From the human T2T-CHM13v2.0 reference genome, Homo sapiens, in NCBI RefSeq assembly GCF_009914755.1, contig NC_060934.1: a stretch of DNA of 64,000 nucleotides, one strand, 5' to 3'. Shown here in pieces: positions 26,222-39,310 of the stretch (position 1 is the stretch's first letter; each line of letters begins with the position of its first letter). A program made the translations under genes and the position numbers. Below the pieces are notes generated by a model. That model had not been told where the DNA came from and did no database searches. It worked only from the letters and a program-made list of their open reading frames with translations.

Positions 26222-26420
26222 AAGCTAATGTAGCTATTTAGCACTTTCTATACATGAGGCTCTATTCTAGGCACTTGGGCCTCACAACAATTCTAGTAGG
26301 TGAGTTCTATTATGCCCATTTTATAGATGAGGTTAAGAGAGAGAAATTGAAAGCTTAAGTAACTTGCCCAAGATCAACAGCTACTAGGAAACAGTGCTGG
26401 AATTAAACAGAGTGCACACT
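26222..26420 (-). mobile_element. MIR
   Basis: CCCATTTTATAGATGAGG...AAGTAACTTGCCCAAGATCA core. Confidence 0.8.
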
Positions 26421-27511
26421 TTTCATCCCTGCATGAATCTGCCTTGATACGAGGAGTGGACTCTATGAGGAGGGCAGTTATCTTAACCTTTTCACCCAGG
26501 AACTTGTGTTTAAAATAAGCATGTTAATAGCATCAAGGGTGCATTGGAAGAACTGAAAAATCATAGAGGACTAGAGAGAAAGTAGATAGAATATTATCAA
26601 AAGAGACTAAAGTATTTTAACATTTTGGAGTTATTTAATATAGGGACAATCAGTTCCTTATGTCTTATTAACTCAACAGAATAATCAATGCAGCAATGCA
26701 AATAGATGGCCTAGAACCATAAAGTAAGGTTCAGTTATCATTCGAATGCACTGTTAAGAAGGCAGGGAATCATTAAATCCTAAATATAGGGAAAAACTTT
26801 GATTCTTAAAAGTAGTAAGTTTTGGTTATTTGGATGATTCACTGTATTGAGCACACTGCACACTCATGTAGAACTAATAAGGCTTCAATTAACAAAGCAG
26901 ATTGATCTCAATGTCCTCTAAGCACTAATACTCAAGAGACAGTATACAGCTTTGTACAATCAGTAGGCACCAACACATCAGCCTTCAAGAGAACTTCAGT
27001 TTCAACACTGCTGTTGATTACATTTTTAAAAAATGTGCTAAAATAATGGGCAATTGAAACATTCTGAAATTAGATCTAACACAGTGAATAATTGCTGTGC
27101 AAGTCACACTACATTTTACAGACTGTGTTCTTGCATTAAACAAGATGCAGAGATTGCCTTTAAAAGGTATAATTTTCTATAATCTTTTTTTTGTTGTTGG
27201 TGGTGCTCAAAGCAATTGCTTTCCAATGGAAAAATAAAGCAAGAGAACAATGGTGCACATCCCCAGACTTCTTACCAACATGTAAACTTTGACCGTTCAC
27301 AGTATGCAGTTATTGACAGCTGGACTAAAGGACAGTGTCGCCATTAACTTACCGCAACCTCATCTGAAAAGGAGTGAAGTGCCTTTGGAACCTGTTTATA
27401 GTACCTAGGTCTGAGGGAGCATGCAGAGGAAGATTTAATTATCCCATATGAGGTTAAGTTTTAGGCCAGTGCCAACTAGGAAGAAGTATTATAGTTAGAA
27501 AAGAGACTCAA

Positions 27512-27820
<309 letters not shown>

Positions 27821-27949
27821 TTAGCATGAAATGGGGAGAAGAGGGGAGTGGGGAGGGAGTGCTCAACTGAAATTCAATGCTAAGAGAGTAAAGAATGGAT
27901 TAATTCAACTATTTTAACAGTGTACAGTAAACATTACACTGTTACTCAG

Positions 27950-28503
27950 TGTAATGCCTACATGACCTAGGGCACTTGGATCACAGATCAGCTTCTTAAT
28001 TCTGCTTTACTTTAGGAAACACCATTCCTGAAGTCAAATCCCCTGCATAACCAAACTGGCCAAGACTGGTGGAAATCCCAAGATGCTGGCCCACTTGACC
28101 TCTGAAGAACCTCTAACTTCATTATAATCTAATTTCCATGCTAAATGACACTTCCACCAGCACCATGACGGTTGACAATCACTATGACAATAGCTGGAAA
28201 AAAACATAAAAGAACAAAAAGGAAAGTGGCAACTCTGGTTCCAAGAAATTCGCTGTTCATTTCAAGACACGAACATTCCTCCCTTTGCTTTTAGTGCCCA
28301 ACCCATTCATTAAAGATGCCCTATATCTGTGACTTCCTGGCTCTCACAGGCTGAGAAGCTGATCTGTGATCCAAGTGCCCACTCAATTCCATGGCCATCC
28401 GATTAAAGCCTGCACTGCTCGACGCTTTCAGTTTTGTGTACTAGCTTTGAAGCACCAAACAGGGAAAGAGCCCATTTGGGTGGGACCAGCTTTGTCAGTA
28501 ATA
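27950..28503 (+). mobile_element. ERV1-class solo LTR, MER41-related (MER4 group)
   Basis: CATGCTAAATGACACTTCCACCAGCACCATGAC block resembles MER41; TATA-like CCTATAT, ATTAAA signal, TG start and GTAATA end; possible TSD TCAG/TTAG. Confidence 0.65.
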
Positions 28504-28584
28504 TTAGTGTTATGCCTACAGGAAATACAAATATGAATGAAACATAGTCATTGTAGTTGGAAATGCATGACATATATGTACATA

Positions 28585-29029
28585 TGATAGAGGCAGGAGG
28601 CAGAGAACTCTCCTAGGCAGATAGGGAAGGGTCCCTGAAGAATCTCCGACCCACCCCCCAAGTATTTATACCACATGTTTTGTGCAGATAAGGCAACCTG
28701 CACAGGGAGTTTGCCTGAACATGCCCAGAGCAGACTAAGGGACCATATGCACACTGGGGGGAAGGGGTGGAGCCACCAGGAATTCAAACCTTATACAAAC
28801 AGGGAACCCAGCGCCATCAGCTTGGATATATAGAAGCCCTCGTATTCAACTGTTAAGGGGGGCAACTGGCAACCTGCTTTCAGGATCCCTCTTTTTGCTG
28901 AGAGCTTTCCTTTTTGTTTAATAAATTCTATTCCACTCACTCTTCGATGTCCGCATGCCTAATTTTTCGTGGTCGTGAGACAAGAACCTGGAACTAGCTG
29001 AGTGAAGGAGTTTAAAAAATCCTGTGTCA
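28585..29029 (+). mobile_element. MER61-like ERV1 solo LTR
   Basis: TGATAGAGGCAGGAGGCAGA start, GGGGTGGAGCCACCAGGAATTC core, AATAAA, CA end; perfect 4 bp TSD CATA at 28581-28584 and 29030-29033. Confidence 0.85.
28707..28726. promoter_or_regulatory. Near-consensus p53 response element in the MER61-like LTR
   Basis: GAGTTTGCCT-GAACATGCCC with zero spacer; second half-site perfect RRRCWWGYYY, first has T in place of the core C. Confidence 0.5.
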
Positions 29030-30104
29030 CATACACATGTGAGTATGTATATACACATATTCGTGTTATTATATGCATTTTGGCAGTGCCTACTATGCTA
29101 TGTGTTATGCATAAAGTGATCACTAGAAGAGTATGCTTCCTGCCCTTACAGAACAACTGTGCTAGTAATAAATCAACTAGAATTGTGTTATGTGCTGGGA
29201 AAGAGAAGAAGAGAGTGTAACTTGATTGAGCTAAGCTTGCTACATTCACCTGAATTCTGATTTTGTGAACTAAATGGAAATGACTAGTAAGGAAACTCCA
29301 CAAAAATTTGACCTGATAGGCTAGAAGGGCCCCACAAGGAAGGAAAGTGTACTCTAATGGGCAGTTAAAGGAACCAGCCTGGCCACACACTTCCAACAGG
29401 ACTGTGAGAATTCAGACCCACTCCCTCAACTCCTGGAGGAGCTGCCCAGATAGATGCCACCACCACACGGGAATCTGAAACCACATAATTTCAGGGCTGG
29501 ACATGGTTCAAAAATCAGCAAGTAGGGTTCTGAGTGAATGCTCTATACATATAGGTAGATTATTACATTACATAATTACATAAAAAATAAATAATTACCT
29601 AATTACACTAGGTAATTATTTTTGACTTTAGAAACAAATGACTTGTCATCACTACATGAAAGACAATGGCGTTTCAGTCCAATACCCTTGGTAGGACTTA
29701 GAGTGGCCACCACTCCTGGGAGGGAGTTGCGTATTCACCTAGGAAGTTAAGTCTTGGGGAGGAGGCTTGTGTTCCTGGCCACTCCACAGCCGGTGGGGGG
29801 GAGGACACACCCACAAGGCGTGGGAGAAAACAATTAGACTAAGATTAGAGCCATCCAAGCTGGAGGAACCAGATAAGGCTTCTTGGGTGAGGTGGCATAT
29901 ATGCTGGTTCTTAAAAGAGAAGCAGAATTTGAAAAGATGAAGAAAGGGCATGAGATGAAAAGATTGCACAGGCAAAATGTTGTAGTTAAATAGAAAGGAA
30001 TGTCGGTTTGGCTGGGACACAGAACACTCAACCACGGAAAAAGAGAGAAGAGTGGAGATCACACTAGAAAGAAACAGGGACAAAATCCTTTACAGCGGAA
30101 CTGG

Positions 30105-30278
30105 GAACCACTAGCAAACTTTTTCTATAAAGGCCCTAATAATAAATATTTTTGGCCTTGTGGGCCAGTCTGTTGCAACTACTCAACTCTGCCATCATAC
30201 TGCAAAAGTGGTCACAGGAAATGCATAAACAAATAGCCCTGGGGATCTGGTCTGTGGGCATAGTTTGCAAACCCTTCT
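30105..30278. mobile_element. MER58A-like hAT-Charlie MITE
   Basis: GCAAACTTTTTCTATAAAGG...TCTGTTGCAACTACTCAACTCTGCC...CATAGTTTGC. Confidence 0.85.
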
Positions 30279-31689
30279 GTCAGAGAGATGTGATCTGCTC
30301 ACGCACCGTTACGGGGGAACTGCTCAGGCAGAAGAATGAGAATCCAGGATGTTTTACAGCAAGGATCTACTGGAAGAAGGAAGGAGTCCAATGAGTAACA
30401 TTAATACTCTGAAATAATGAATTCTTGTTATTCACATCAAATGGCTACAAGAGCAATAAACACCTGAGGGAATGAGGTAACAAGGAGCAAAGTAACTCAA
30501 CTGGATTCATATTCCATTTGTTAGTTTAAGCAATTATTATTATTTTCTTAATGTCAAGAGTAAACATGCACAAAATATGGTTAATTAAACCACCACGCTC
30601 ATAGGTCTTGTGAAAGACAGCGAGTAGTAAATCACTAATACAGACATTGTGCAAAGCGGAAAAATAAACAGCTACTATGGGAATTCAAAACAAAGAGCCA
30701 CCAACTAAGGAAGAAAAGGAAGAATTGGCCATAAAAAAAACCTGCTTCTGTTTTTGTAACAACTTTGAAAGATGAATAGGAAAGTTTGTTTATTTCCAAG
30801 GTGAACTTTAATCAATGAACTGTTAACATCATTAAATACACTGAAGCATGTGCACCATGTACTTCTGCAAAGGGCAACTGTATACAACTTCTGAATGCAA
30901 CTGCCCTCATCATTCTTGTAATCTCCAGGAATTAATCAAAAATGGCAAATTTCAGGTCATTTGATATGATAAGAATACATTTATAACAAATATATTTTGT
31001 CACATCTGTAAATATTCCAGAAAGGAAAATTCTAAAGCTTTCAACTAAGAGTAGTATTTGTTGAACTATTCTCAGCAGAATATGACAACGTAAGACAACA
31101 GAATTGTGATCATAAGCAGGCGTCTGAATGAACCAGAGACCAGTCATTTCTTTTTCTGCTTTGAGAAACATTTAAGCAAATTCCAGTGACAACTTTTGTG
31201 GATGTGTTTTATAGTTACAGCAGAAGACGACATGCAGTTTTCCTGTGCAGAAACAATGTAAAACTGAATTGTATGTAAAGTTGTTCTTTTTTCAAAAATC
31301 AGAAAGTACTACTTGTAGTTTCCCTCCTAGCTGGACGCACACACATACACACATACACAATTATTTCCATAGTCATTTTGGGGATGAGCGAAAACAAGCA
31401 ATAGCATTTCTGAAGCGCACTGACTAAATGTATTCATAATAGTAATCAAGTCATTTACTGAAAAGGTTCTCAAGAAATCACCTGGCCATGACCTGTCACT
31501 TCAGCCAACTGCATGTAAGATAATTTAACGTTGATTGATACTAGACTCTCCTTTTTTTCTCTTAAAGATTCTTTGTGGCCCCTGTTAGAAGACCACCCTA
31601 ACATTTCATTATCTTCTAAGATACAGACTAAAAAAAAAAGGTTCCTTTAATTTCAACTAATTTCTCTTTATTTGGGTCTCTGGAGAAAC

Positions 31690-31960
31690 GGGGAAAACTT
31701 GTCAGACTCATCCTTATAAAACCCTTTGCACCTCTGAGAATATGAACTAGGTCTCACCCAGTTTTCTCTTTTCTGAGCTGAACTGATCTCAATTTTAACT
31801 TACGTGGAGTCTCACATCCATCCCTTCAGTAGTGTCTGCTGAGCTGGCCAGCTTCTTCACTTCCCTTTTGAATGTGGAGGATATTAGAAATTTTACTGTG
31901 GCCTGCCATCACTATCTCTAGCATGCCAGAACATTCTTATATTAAAATCAGGACACTTCG
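31690..31960 (-). mobile_element. CR1/L3 LINE relic
   Basis: TTCTCTTTTCTGAGCTGAAC... and GCCAGCTTCTTCACTTCCCTTTTGAATGTGG resemble antisense CR1 ORF2; highly diverged. Confidence 0.4.
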
Positions 31961-32870
31961 AAATTTTAAGAGCCAGAACCATGTGTTTACTGGAATTTTC
32001 CTCAATGTCTAGCATTTTGCAAGGTGCCACTGGGAGACAAATGTCCTCGTGCCCCAAGAGGAAAAACCGCTTTGTTCTTGCACAAGGCTAATGCACAGAG
32101 CCAGTGCCACCCCTCTCTGCCTTCTCAACACCCAACAATTTGGCCTTAAGCTCCCACTGCATTCTCAAATGATGTTCTAACAGCTTAATAGAGTGAGTGG
32201 CCTGTTTTTGGTCTTCACATTTCTTGCAGAACTTGACCCTGCTGGCTCTCCTTTGTTGACTAAAACGTTAATTTTCCATGTTTGTTGAGGAGCAACCCAA
32301 ATTACTGCTCATCTTTTACATCTCTTTGTTTGTTCCGTTCTCATTCATTGGCTGGTATATCCCATATCAATGGTCATTTTCATGCAGTGAAATCTACCTC
32401 ATCTAAAAAACACAACCATTATTCTAATCACCTGGTAAGTGTTTCACCTGAATATGTTGACAACATTTTGAAATATACATATACAAGAAAGAGCTATATT
32501 TCTCACTAACCTTCCTCTATTTCTATTATCCCTTTATCGGTTAATGCTATCGCTATTCTGTTTTTAAAATCAGTCACTTGTTTCTTTCTTTCCCTAAACC
32601 TTCCCTCAGATTCACTGAGTTGGACTTACAGATATGAAGTACTTTATTGCTGATAAAATATGAAGCTTTGAAAAAGTTGTTCTATTGGAAAAAAATTAAT
32701 TAGAAAACAAAATTAAATTTAGCAATAGAGCTTGGTGTGTTCCAAAGCATGGACTATGCTTTCTTAAGTCTTGATGGATGTTAATTCTTTCTCTGAGTCT
32801 CAAGGCAAAGTTCCATTTGACCCTGACATAAGCAAACACCAGAAATCTCACGTGCATTAAAAAAAGCTCA

Positions 32871-33180
32871 GGCCTGGGCGAGGTGGCTCACACTTGTAAT
32901 CCCAGCTCTATGGGAAGCCAAGGCAAGAAGACTGCTTGACGCCAGGAGTTCAAGACTAGCCTGGGTAACACAGTGAGATCCTGTCTCTACAAAAAATATA
33001 TATTTTTTAATTAGCTGGGGGATGGTGGTGAGCCTATAGTCCCAACTACTCAGGAGGCTAAGGCGGGGGCAGGCGGGCAGAATTGCTTGAGTCCAGGAAT
33101 TTGAGCCTACAGTGAACCATGACCATGCCGCTTCACTCCAGCCTGGGTAACAGAGTAAGATCCTGTCTAAAAAAAAAAAG
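32871..33180 (+). mobile_element. AluJ-type element
   Basis: Dimeric Alu with poly-A; diverged TSD AAAAGCTCAG / AAGAGTTCAG. Confidence 0.95.
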
Positions 33181-33708
33181 AGTTCAGAAAGGACTCTACA
33201 CCCATGTACCCTGGCTGGGACTGCCCGATGCCCCTTCCTTCTTCCAGGATGAGTGTCCACTCACAAAACACCAAGCAAGCACCCCCACAACACACACAAT
33301 AGCCAACCTATAATTCTCCTTAAATACTTCTTTTTTAAGAACACCAACTAAACGAGAACCTTAAAGATTGTTGTAAGGTGTGTTTTTTCCTCCATTTCTC
33401 CTTAAGGAAAGGTGGCTGGCATGATTCAGCATCAACATGCCAAATATTCTATCTGAAACTATACACTCTGTTAGAGTCACTATTTGCAAAACAAAACTAT
33501 CACACTAGTGAAGGGAGTGATTTGTGAGAACAAATTAAAGACGCATGACCAATTTGTCTGGGCAGTAATGATGTAAACCTGCTGTACCACTAAAGAGTTA
33601 CGCCTGCTGCAGCGTCGAGCTTGGATTTTCTGCTGTCTAAATCTGCCGCTTACGGGCCTGGGTCTGTGTGTCTGAGGGAATAACCTGTCAAGGAAATCTC
33701 CCACTTAC

Positions 33709-34027
33709 CCACAATGACCAACTATATGCTGTTCACTAATAAGTATTCATATAGACCTTACCTCCAAAAAGTTTGACTATAATAAAGTATCCTTAGCTCA
33801 AAATTACACAGAACACCTCAGGGTCACTGTGAACATCAACCATCGTTGCACGGGTCTGCCGGCATGTGCATTTTGGTGTGTGATGGGTTACTGTGATAGA
33901 CTGCATGCTACACCATACACAATTAGTCTGCCAGTAATGCTTTTTCACTTTAATGGTCTACACTAGGAACAGCACTGCGTGGTTTTCGTGAAAAGGTGCT
34001 CCATAAATGACAAGACTTTTTCCTTCT
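33709..34027 (-). other. Candidate non-coding exon with alternative donors
   Basis: Minus-strand acceptor TTTCATATTTCTTCAG before 34027; donors GAG|GTAAGG after 33762 and TGG|GTAAGT after 33709; local CpG enrichment; no long ORF. Confidence 0.3.
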
Positions 34028-36601
34028 CTGAAGAAATATGAAACATTAAAAAAAAAACACCCCAAAGCCCCCAAAACCCTCAAGTCCTGAAGTTACTTCT
34101 GTGGTTAGCAGTAGAAAATGGGAAAAGGTAATATTTAGGTATATGTAAGGAAGAACATCTGAAATGAAAAAAATATGAGAACGCATATGGAAAGCAGAAC
34201 CGAATAAAATAGAAAAACGTTTTGCTTAAGGGTAGTTTTTTCTTTGATATATGCTAAGCTTATTCTATCAACTTCAGCCAGAATAACTTGTTTACGCTTG
34301 AACATGTCTCTGCCCTAGGAATGGAAGGTCATTTTATAAGATGTATTTAATTTCTAATTTGTTTTCTAATTAAATTATTTTGATAGCTTCTCATTTGTGT
34401 CCTCTGATACAATAATTAACTCTTGATACTAATTGAAATATCCACTGACCCTATGTCCCCAAATCATGGACTACCATGAACAAAAAAAAGGGTGACCTCT
34501 GGCCTTCATGTTCCCAGGGGTGCAAGAGGGTTATGTTGAAACATGAGTTTTTTTTTGAGCAAAGGTCGTGTCATAGTAATGGCTTAATATGGTTTTTTCT
34601 TTTCTTCTTTTTTTCCTTAATGAAAAGGCTGAATATTTGATAGAACTGTAACATTCATTTTATAGCTTTGGTATCTGTTGTTGAAATAGTGTTCTGAGAT
34701 GTGAAGCTTAAATATTTTATGAAAAATACCTCCTCCAACAGAAATGTTAATAATTTAATATATGATAAACTACACATGAAGTTTCAGAAACAGTTATTTA
34801 GTGGTAGTTTTATATTTGATATGAAAGCCTAGTAGATCACTCCCTTGCTGCGTACTTTGATTTAAAATGGCAGTTTTTCTGCAAAATTATCTTAGTATAA
34901 AACATGTCACTAATTTTAAAGTGACTTTGATTATTTTATTTTTTGCCTTTAATCCAGAGAACTGAGAGCCTGTTGATGAGTGATGCCAACATGTCTTGCC
35001 AAAGCATGATTTTGATGTTAAATATCCAAGGCCACACATTGCTATGTGGTTCCATTTAGCCAATACTTCCTAAGACACTGGTGGGTCTCTCTAGGGCAGG
35101 CGTGTGATTTGGTAAGTCATTGGGAGGGCGAGGAGCTGCACTCTGATATGTCCTGACAGGCCCTCCCCGCGAAGGATTCATTGGCTCTGAGGCAGTTACT
35201 GAAAAGAGCAGCTATAATCAACAGCTGTGTCCTGATGTTTTGCCAATCTGTGCTCATAAAACATGATGTTTGGTAACATATTTCCAACACAGTTTGCCTT
35301 TGTCTTTTCAACACCAAAATTCCCACTTCTGTATTTTCTTTCATCTAAGAATTTCTAAATAGTTTGAGGGCATTAATTATGCCATACAAAATCCTCTCAC
35401 AGTAATTACTGATGTTCCTGCTTCCTAATTATGTGTAATACCAACAAATCCACTTTCTATACTGGATTGCACCAACGCTACCTAGAAATATCTGCTGCCT
35501 TGTTGACAAATAAAGAGCTCTCAAATGTAGAGTACAGAATCTTCTCTGCTCTGCATCTTGCTTTTGCACATTAGATTTTGGTGCTGAGCTTCTCTATGTA
35601 AAATGCCTCTTCTGTACACAGTACACACTTTCCCCTTTGAATAGGAATTAAGTTTACTGGCTACATTTCTTGATCAATTTCAGACAAACCGGGGCTAGGT
35701 ATATCAAAGACAGTTACAGCTGCCAGGAAATTCAATTTCTATGTGCTGTGCATTGCAGGAAATAGAAAGAAGATCTGTACAATCTTTACTCTCAAGATGC
35801 TTACAATTGCACAAGAAGATAAAATATAGAGCACAGTGAAAGAATAAGTTCCGTTTTCCATGATGCTGACAAAAGGAAACAGAAAATAGTTTGGGAGAAG
35901 ACACGCAGGAGAGCAGGAGATGACAAAAGAAGCTGGATATTCTGGTGATAAACTTGGAGTTGAAAGTTCATCTCTTAGTTTTACTGACAAATATAATGAG
36001 AAACTTGAAAACCCTAAGGGGATGATACATGAGCCAGGGGATGGACAGAGAAGAAAACTTTGAGGTGGTCAGCTGTTCCTCCTCACTACTAGGGACCAAA
36101 TGGAGAAAAATGGGCATGTGGGGATTTAGATGAGAGAAAAAGAATACCTTTCTGACAGAAAGACTTATTAAACACACGATGGAACAGGTTAGAGAAGGAA
36201 ACGATGAAGATGTCATCTGTGAAAGTCTTTAAAACTGGGATACAGTTTCAACAACCTAAAGAATGGAGTGAAGGATGGCACGTATAGACTCATGGAAACC
36301 ACAGTTAAGGCATTATGGCATTAAGTTCCGACAATTGAATGAAGGTTCCCTGGATACCTCTGCCTGGGGTTCTCTCTCTAAGAATGATGGCCACAGGGGG
36401 CCACCAGCTTCTTTTAGACAGCCTCCCCTGCCCTGCAGGATGTATCTGCAGGGTGCCCAGCAAAGAGGAGCCCAGATTGTAACCAGAGAAGCAAGGCTCA
36501 GCTTCTGTGTGACATGAGCTGACAACACTAGATTCACTTGCAGAATCCTTAACATATACTCAATCCACAAACTCAAGTTTGACATTATTAGACGTTTATA
36601 G

Positions 36602-36927
<326 letters not shown>

Positions 36928-36959
36928 TAGGAAACTTTTTCAGTCATGGATCTATTAAT

Positions 36960-37280
36960 TCCATAACTTCATTGAGTGCCTCCTCTGAGTTAGGTGGTAG
37001 ACACAGAGATGCACAAGACAGAGACTACCCTGGGGAAGACTGGCATGTAAACAGTTAATTATATACCACTGTGACAAACATCAGGATAGAGGTAAGCATA
37101 GAGTGTGTGGGAAGCACAGATTGTAGACACTGACCCTAGACAGAGGGGCCCAGGGAAGGACCACAGACAGACACTGGGTTGATCCTAGAAGGAAAGAGGC
37201 AGCTGATGCAGGGGGAGAAAAGCCATCTTTCTAGATAAAGGGCATGGCATGATTAAAGACATTCCATGTCACAACAAAAG
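36960..37280 (-). mobile_element. L2 fragment
   Basis: TTCATTGAGTGCCTCCTCTG...GAGTGTGTGGGAAGCACAGA antisense L2. Confidence 0.6.
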
Positions 37281-38206
37281 AGGATTATGAGAAAGCCTAC
37301 AGCAAGAGGGAAACTGGCAAAAACACCATCTAGACTAGTTCTATTTGCCTTCTACTGCCAAGGTTGCTTTTTAAAATATTTAAGTAAGACCTTCAGCCTT
37401 GATTAGTGCATCTGTCATATGAATATGTATTTGCTGGCTCCCTGGAATAATGTGCTAGACGCGGAATTCAAATGCTCTTTCATTTACCAATGGCTACTCA
37501 GAGCTGTAATCAAGCCAGGTCGTCTTATCTAAACAAACTCACTAAATTTAGGGATAGATGTCTAAATAGAAAACATGATTAATTTGATCATTGTTTTCCT
37601 CCACCATAAACACTCACTCTTTATTCATGACATATAGTCTCACATGTATACACACACGTTTATACACACTATCCATCCATCAAAAAAGATGGTATCCATA
37701 CAATCATTGAATGTATAATTTGACAAGCTAAAACTCAAGCTTTACTGAAAGGCAAAAAGAAGGTTAACGGATCTTTTACATTCCCTGGTTATGCATCAGC
37801 TCAAACTGAAACGCTCAAAAAAGATAATCGAGGTTGCCTTTTTCAGTTCATCACACATAGAGAGAGGCTTTTGCAGCATCATGTTCAGCAATTTTTCCTC
37901 TCACCTTTTGTCAACATTGCTAAGACGCTGGCTAATACTAAATATGGACGAGATCTCTGCTGGAGCCCAAAACCAAAAATTCCACAAAGTGATATTAATT
38001 TAACTTGTAGAAGTAAGAGAAAAAAATATTAATGTATGTTTAGTAAAAACATGGATTTTGACAATGTTGCAGGAACTGTGCGTCCACTGTTTCAACGCAT
38101 GAGACTACATGGTCCTCCTACCCCTCCTGTCCTCCCTCAGATGTCAGAAAAGAAGTTATTCACAAATACAATCTGCACAGTCCTGTATCAAGATTCAGAG
38201 TCCTCA

Positions 38207-38489
38207 GGCCAGGTGCGGTGGCTCACACCTGTAATCCCAGCACTTTGGGAGGCCGAGGCAGGGTGGATCACCTGAGGTCAGGAGTTCAAGACCAGCCTAG
38301 CCAATATGGTGAAATCCCGTTTCTACTAAAAATATAAAAATAAGCCAGGTGTGGTGGTGTGTGCCTATAATCCCAGCTACTCAGAAGGCTGAGGCAGGAG
38401 AATCACTTGAACCCAGGAGGTGGAGGTTTCAGTGAGTCAAGACTGAGCCACGGCATTCCAGCCTGGGTGACAGAGATGAGACTCCATCT

Positions 38490-38519
<30 letters not shown>
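38207..38519 (+). mobile_element. AluSx-type element
   Basis: GGATCACCTGAGGTCAGGAGTTCAAG; pure poly-A of about 30 nt; perfect 14 bp TSD ATTCAGAGTCCTCA at 38193-38206 and 38520-38533. Confidence 0.97.
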
Positions 38520-38522
<3 letters not shown>

Positions 38523-39049
38523 CAGAGTCCTCAACCCAACCCCCAACTTCTCTGGGTCTTTTCAGTGACTTCTTCCCATTTCTCTTTTTCCCAATCTCTC
38601 TACCCTTGTGAAAGATTTACTAAAAAGAGATTTTTTTGGACAGGCAATTGCTGTTGCAACACAACCTTCTCAAGGGTTAAGTGTAAACGAATCAGAAACA
38701 TGTGGCTTAAATTTTCCACAAAATTGAATTCATATGGGCTTAGATATAAAAGGGAAAATAGTGTTTTCCAAAACATGACTTGAGTTTTGAAAAACTCCAA
38801 GTGCTGGGAAAATAGTTTAGGTATTCACTAAACTTTTAACTACGGTCAGAATCACTCATCCATAGTACTATAAAACTTCATTCTACTAAATAATGTGTCA
38901 TGCTCAGAGAAAATTACATCTGTAGAGATTAAACACCCACCTTCACAATTTTGTAAAAAGCTCCAACATAAGAGAATGAGAATGGAACACTAAAGGCTTA
39001 ATGCAAATATCTGAGACGAGTGATTTCTACCATGTAATGTGCACGTGTG

Positions 39050-39162
39050 TTATTTAGGGACCTTTTAAAAATGCAAATTTTGATTCAGCAGGTCTGGGGT
39101 GGGGTGTGAGAGTCTGTGATGCTGAGACTGCTGTGCATGGACCACCTTTTGAGTAGCAAGGA
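39050..39162. mobile_element. MER5-family fragment
   Basis: AAAAATGCAAATTTTGATTCAGCAGGTCTGGGGTGGGG...GGACCACCTTTTGAGTAGCAAGG. Confidence 0.75.
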
Positions 39163-39249
39163 CTCAGATCCCCCATGCTGTATGTCACAACTCACTGCAC
39201 AAGTCAGTTTATGCTCTGTTACAAATCTTCTGAGATTCATCATTTGGCG

Positions 39250-39310
39250 ACAAAAAACAAACAAAAACAAAAACAAAAAAACAACAAACAAAAAAAAACA
39301 AAAAAAAAAC
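39250..39310. repeat. A-rich (A3-7C)n simple repeat
   Basis: Directly visible. Confidence 0.9.

Noticed and set aside
32868-33313. 130 aa ORF and its overlap
   Set aside because: Alu-derived.
33870-33922. Loose hairpin resembling a pre-miRNA
   Set aside because: Pairing is short and interrupted; no known mature sequence recognised.
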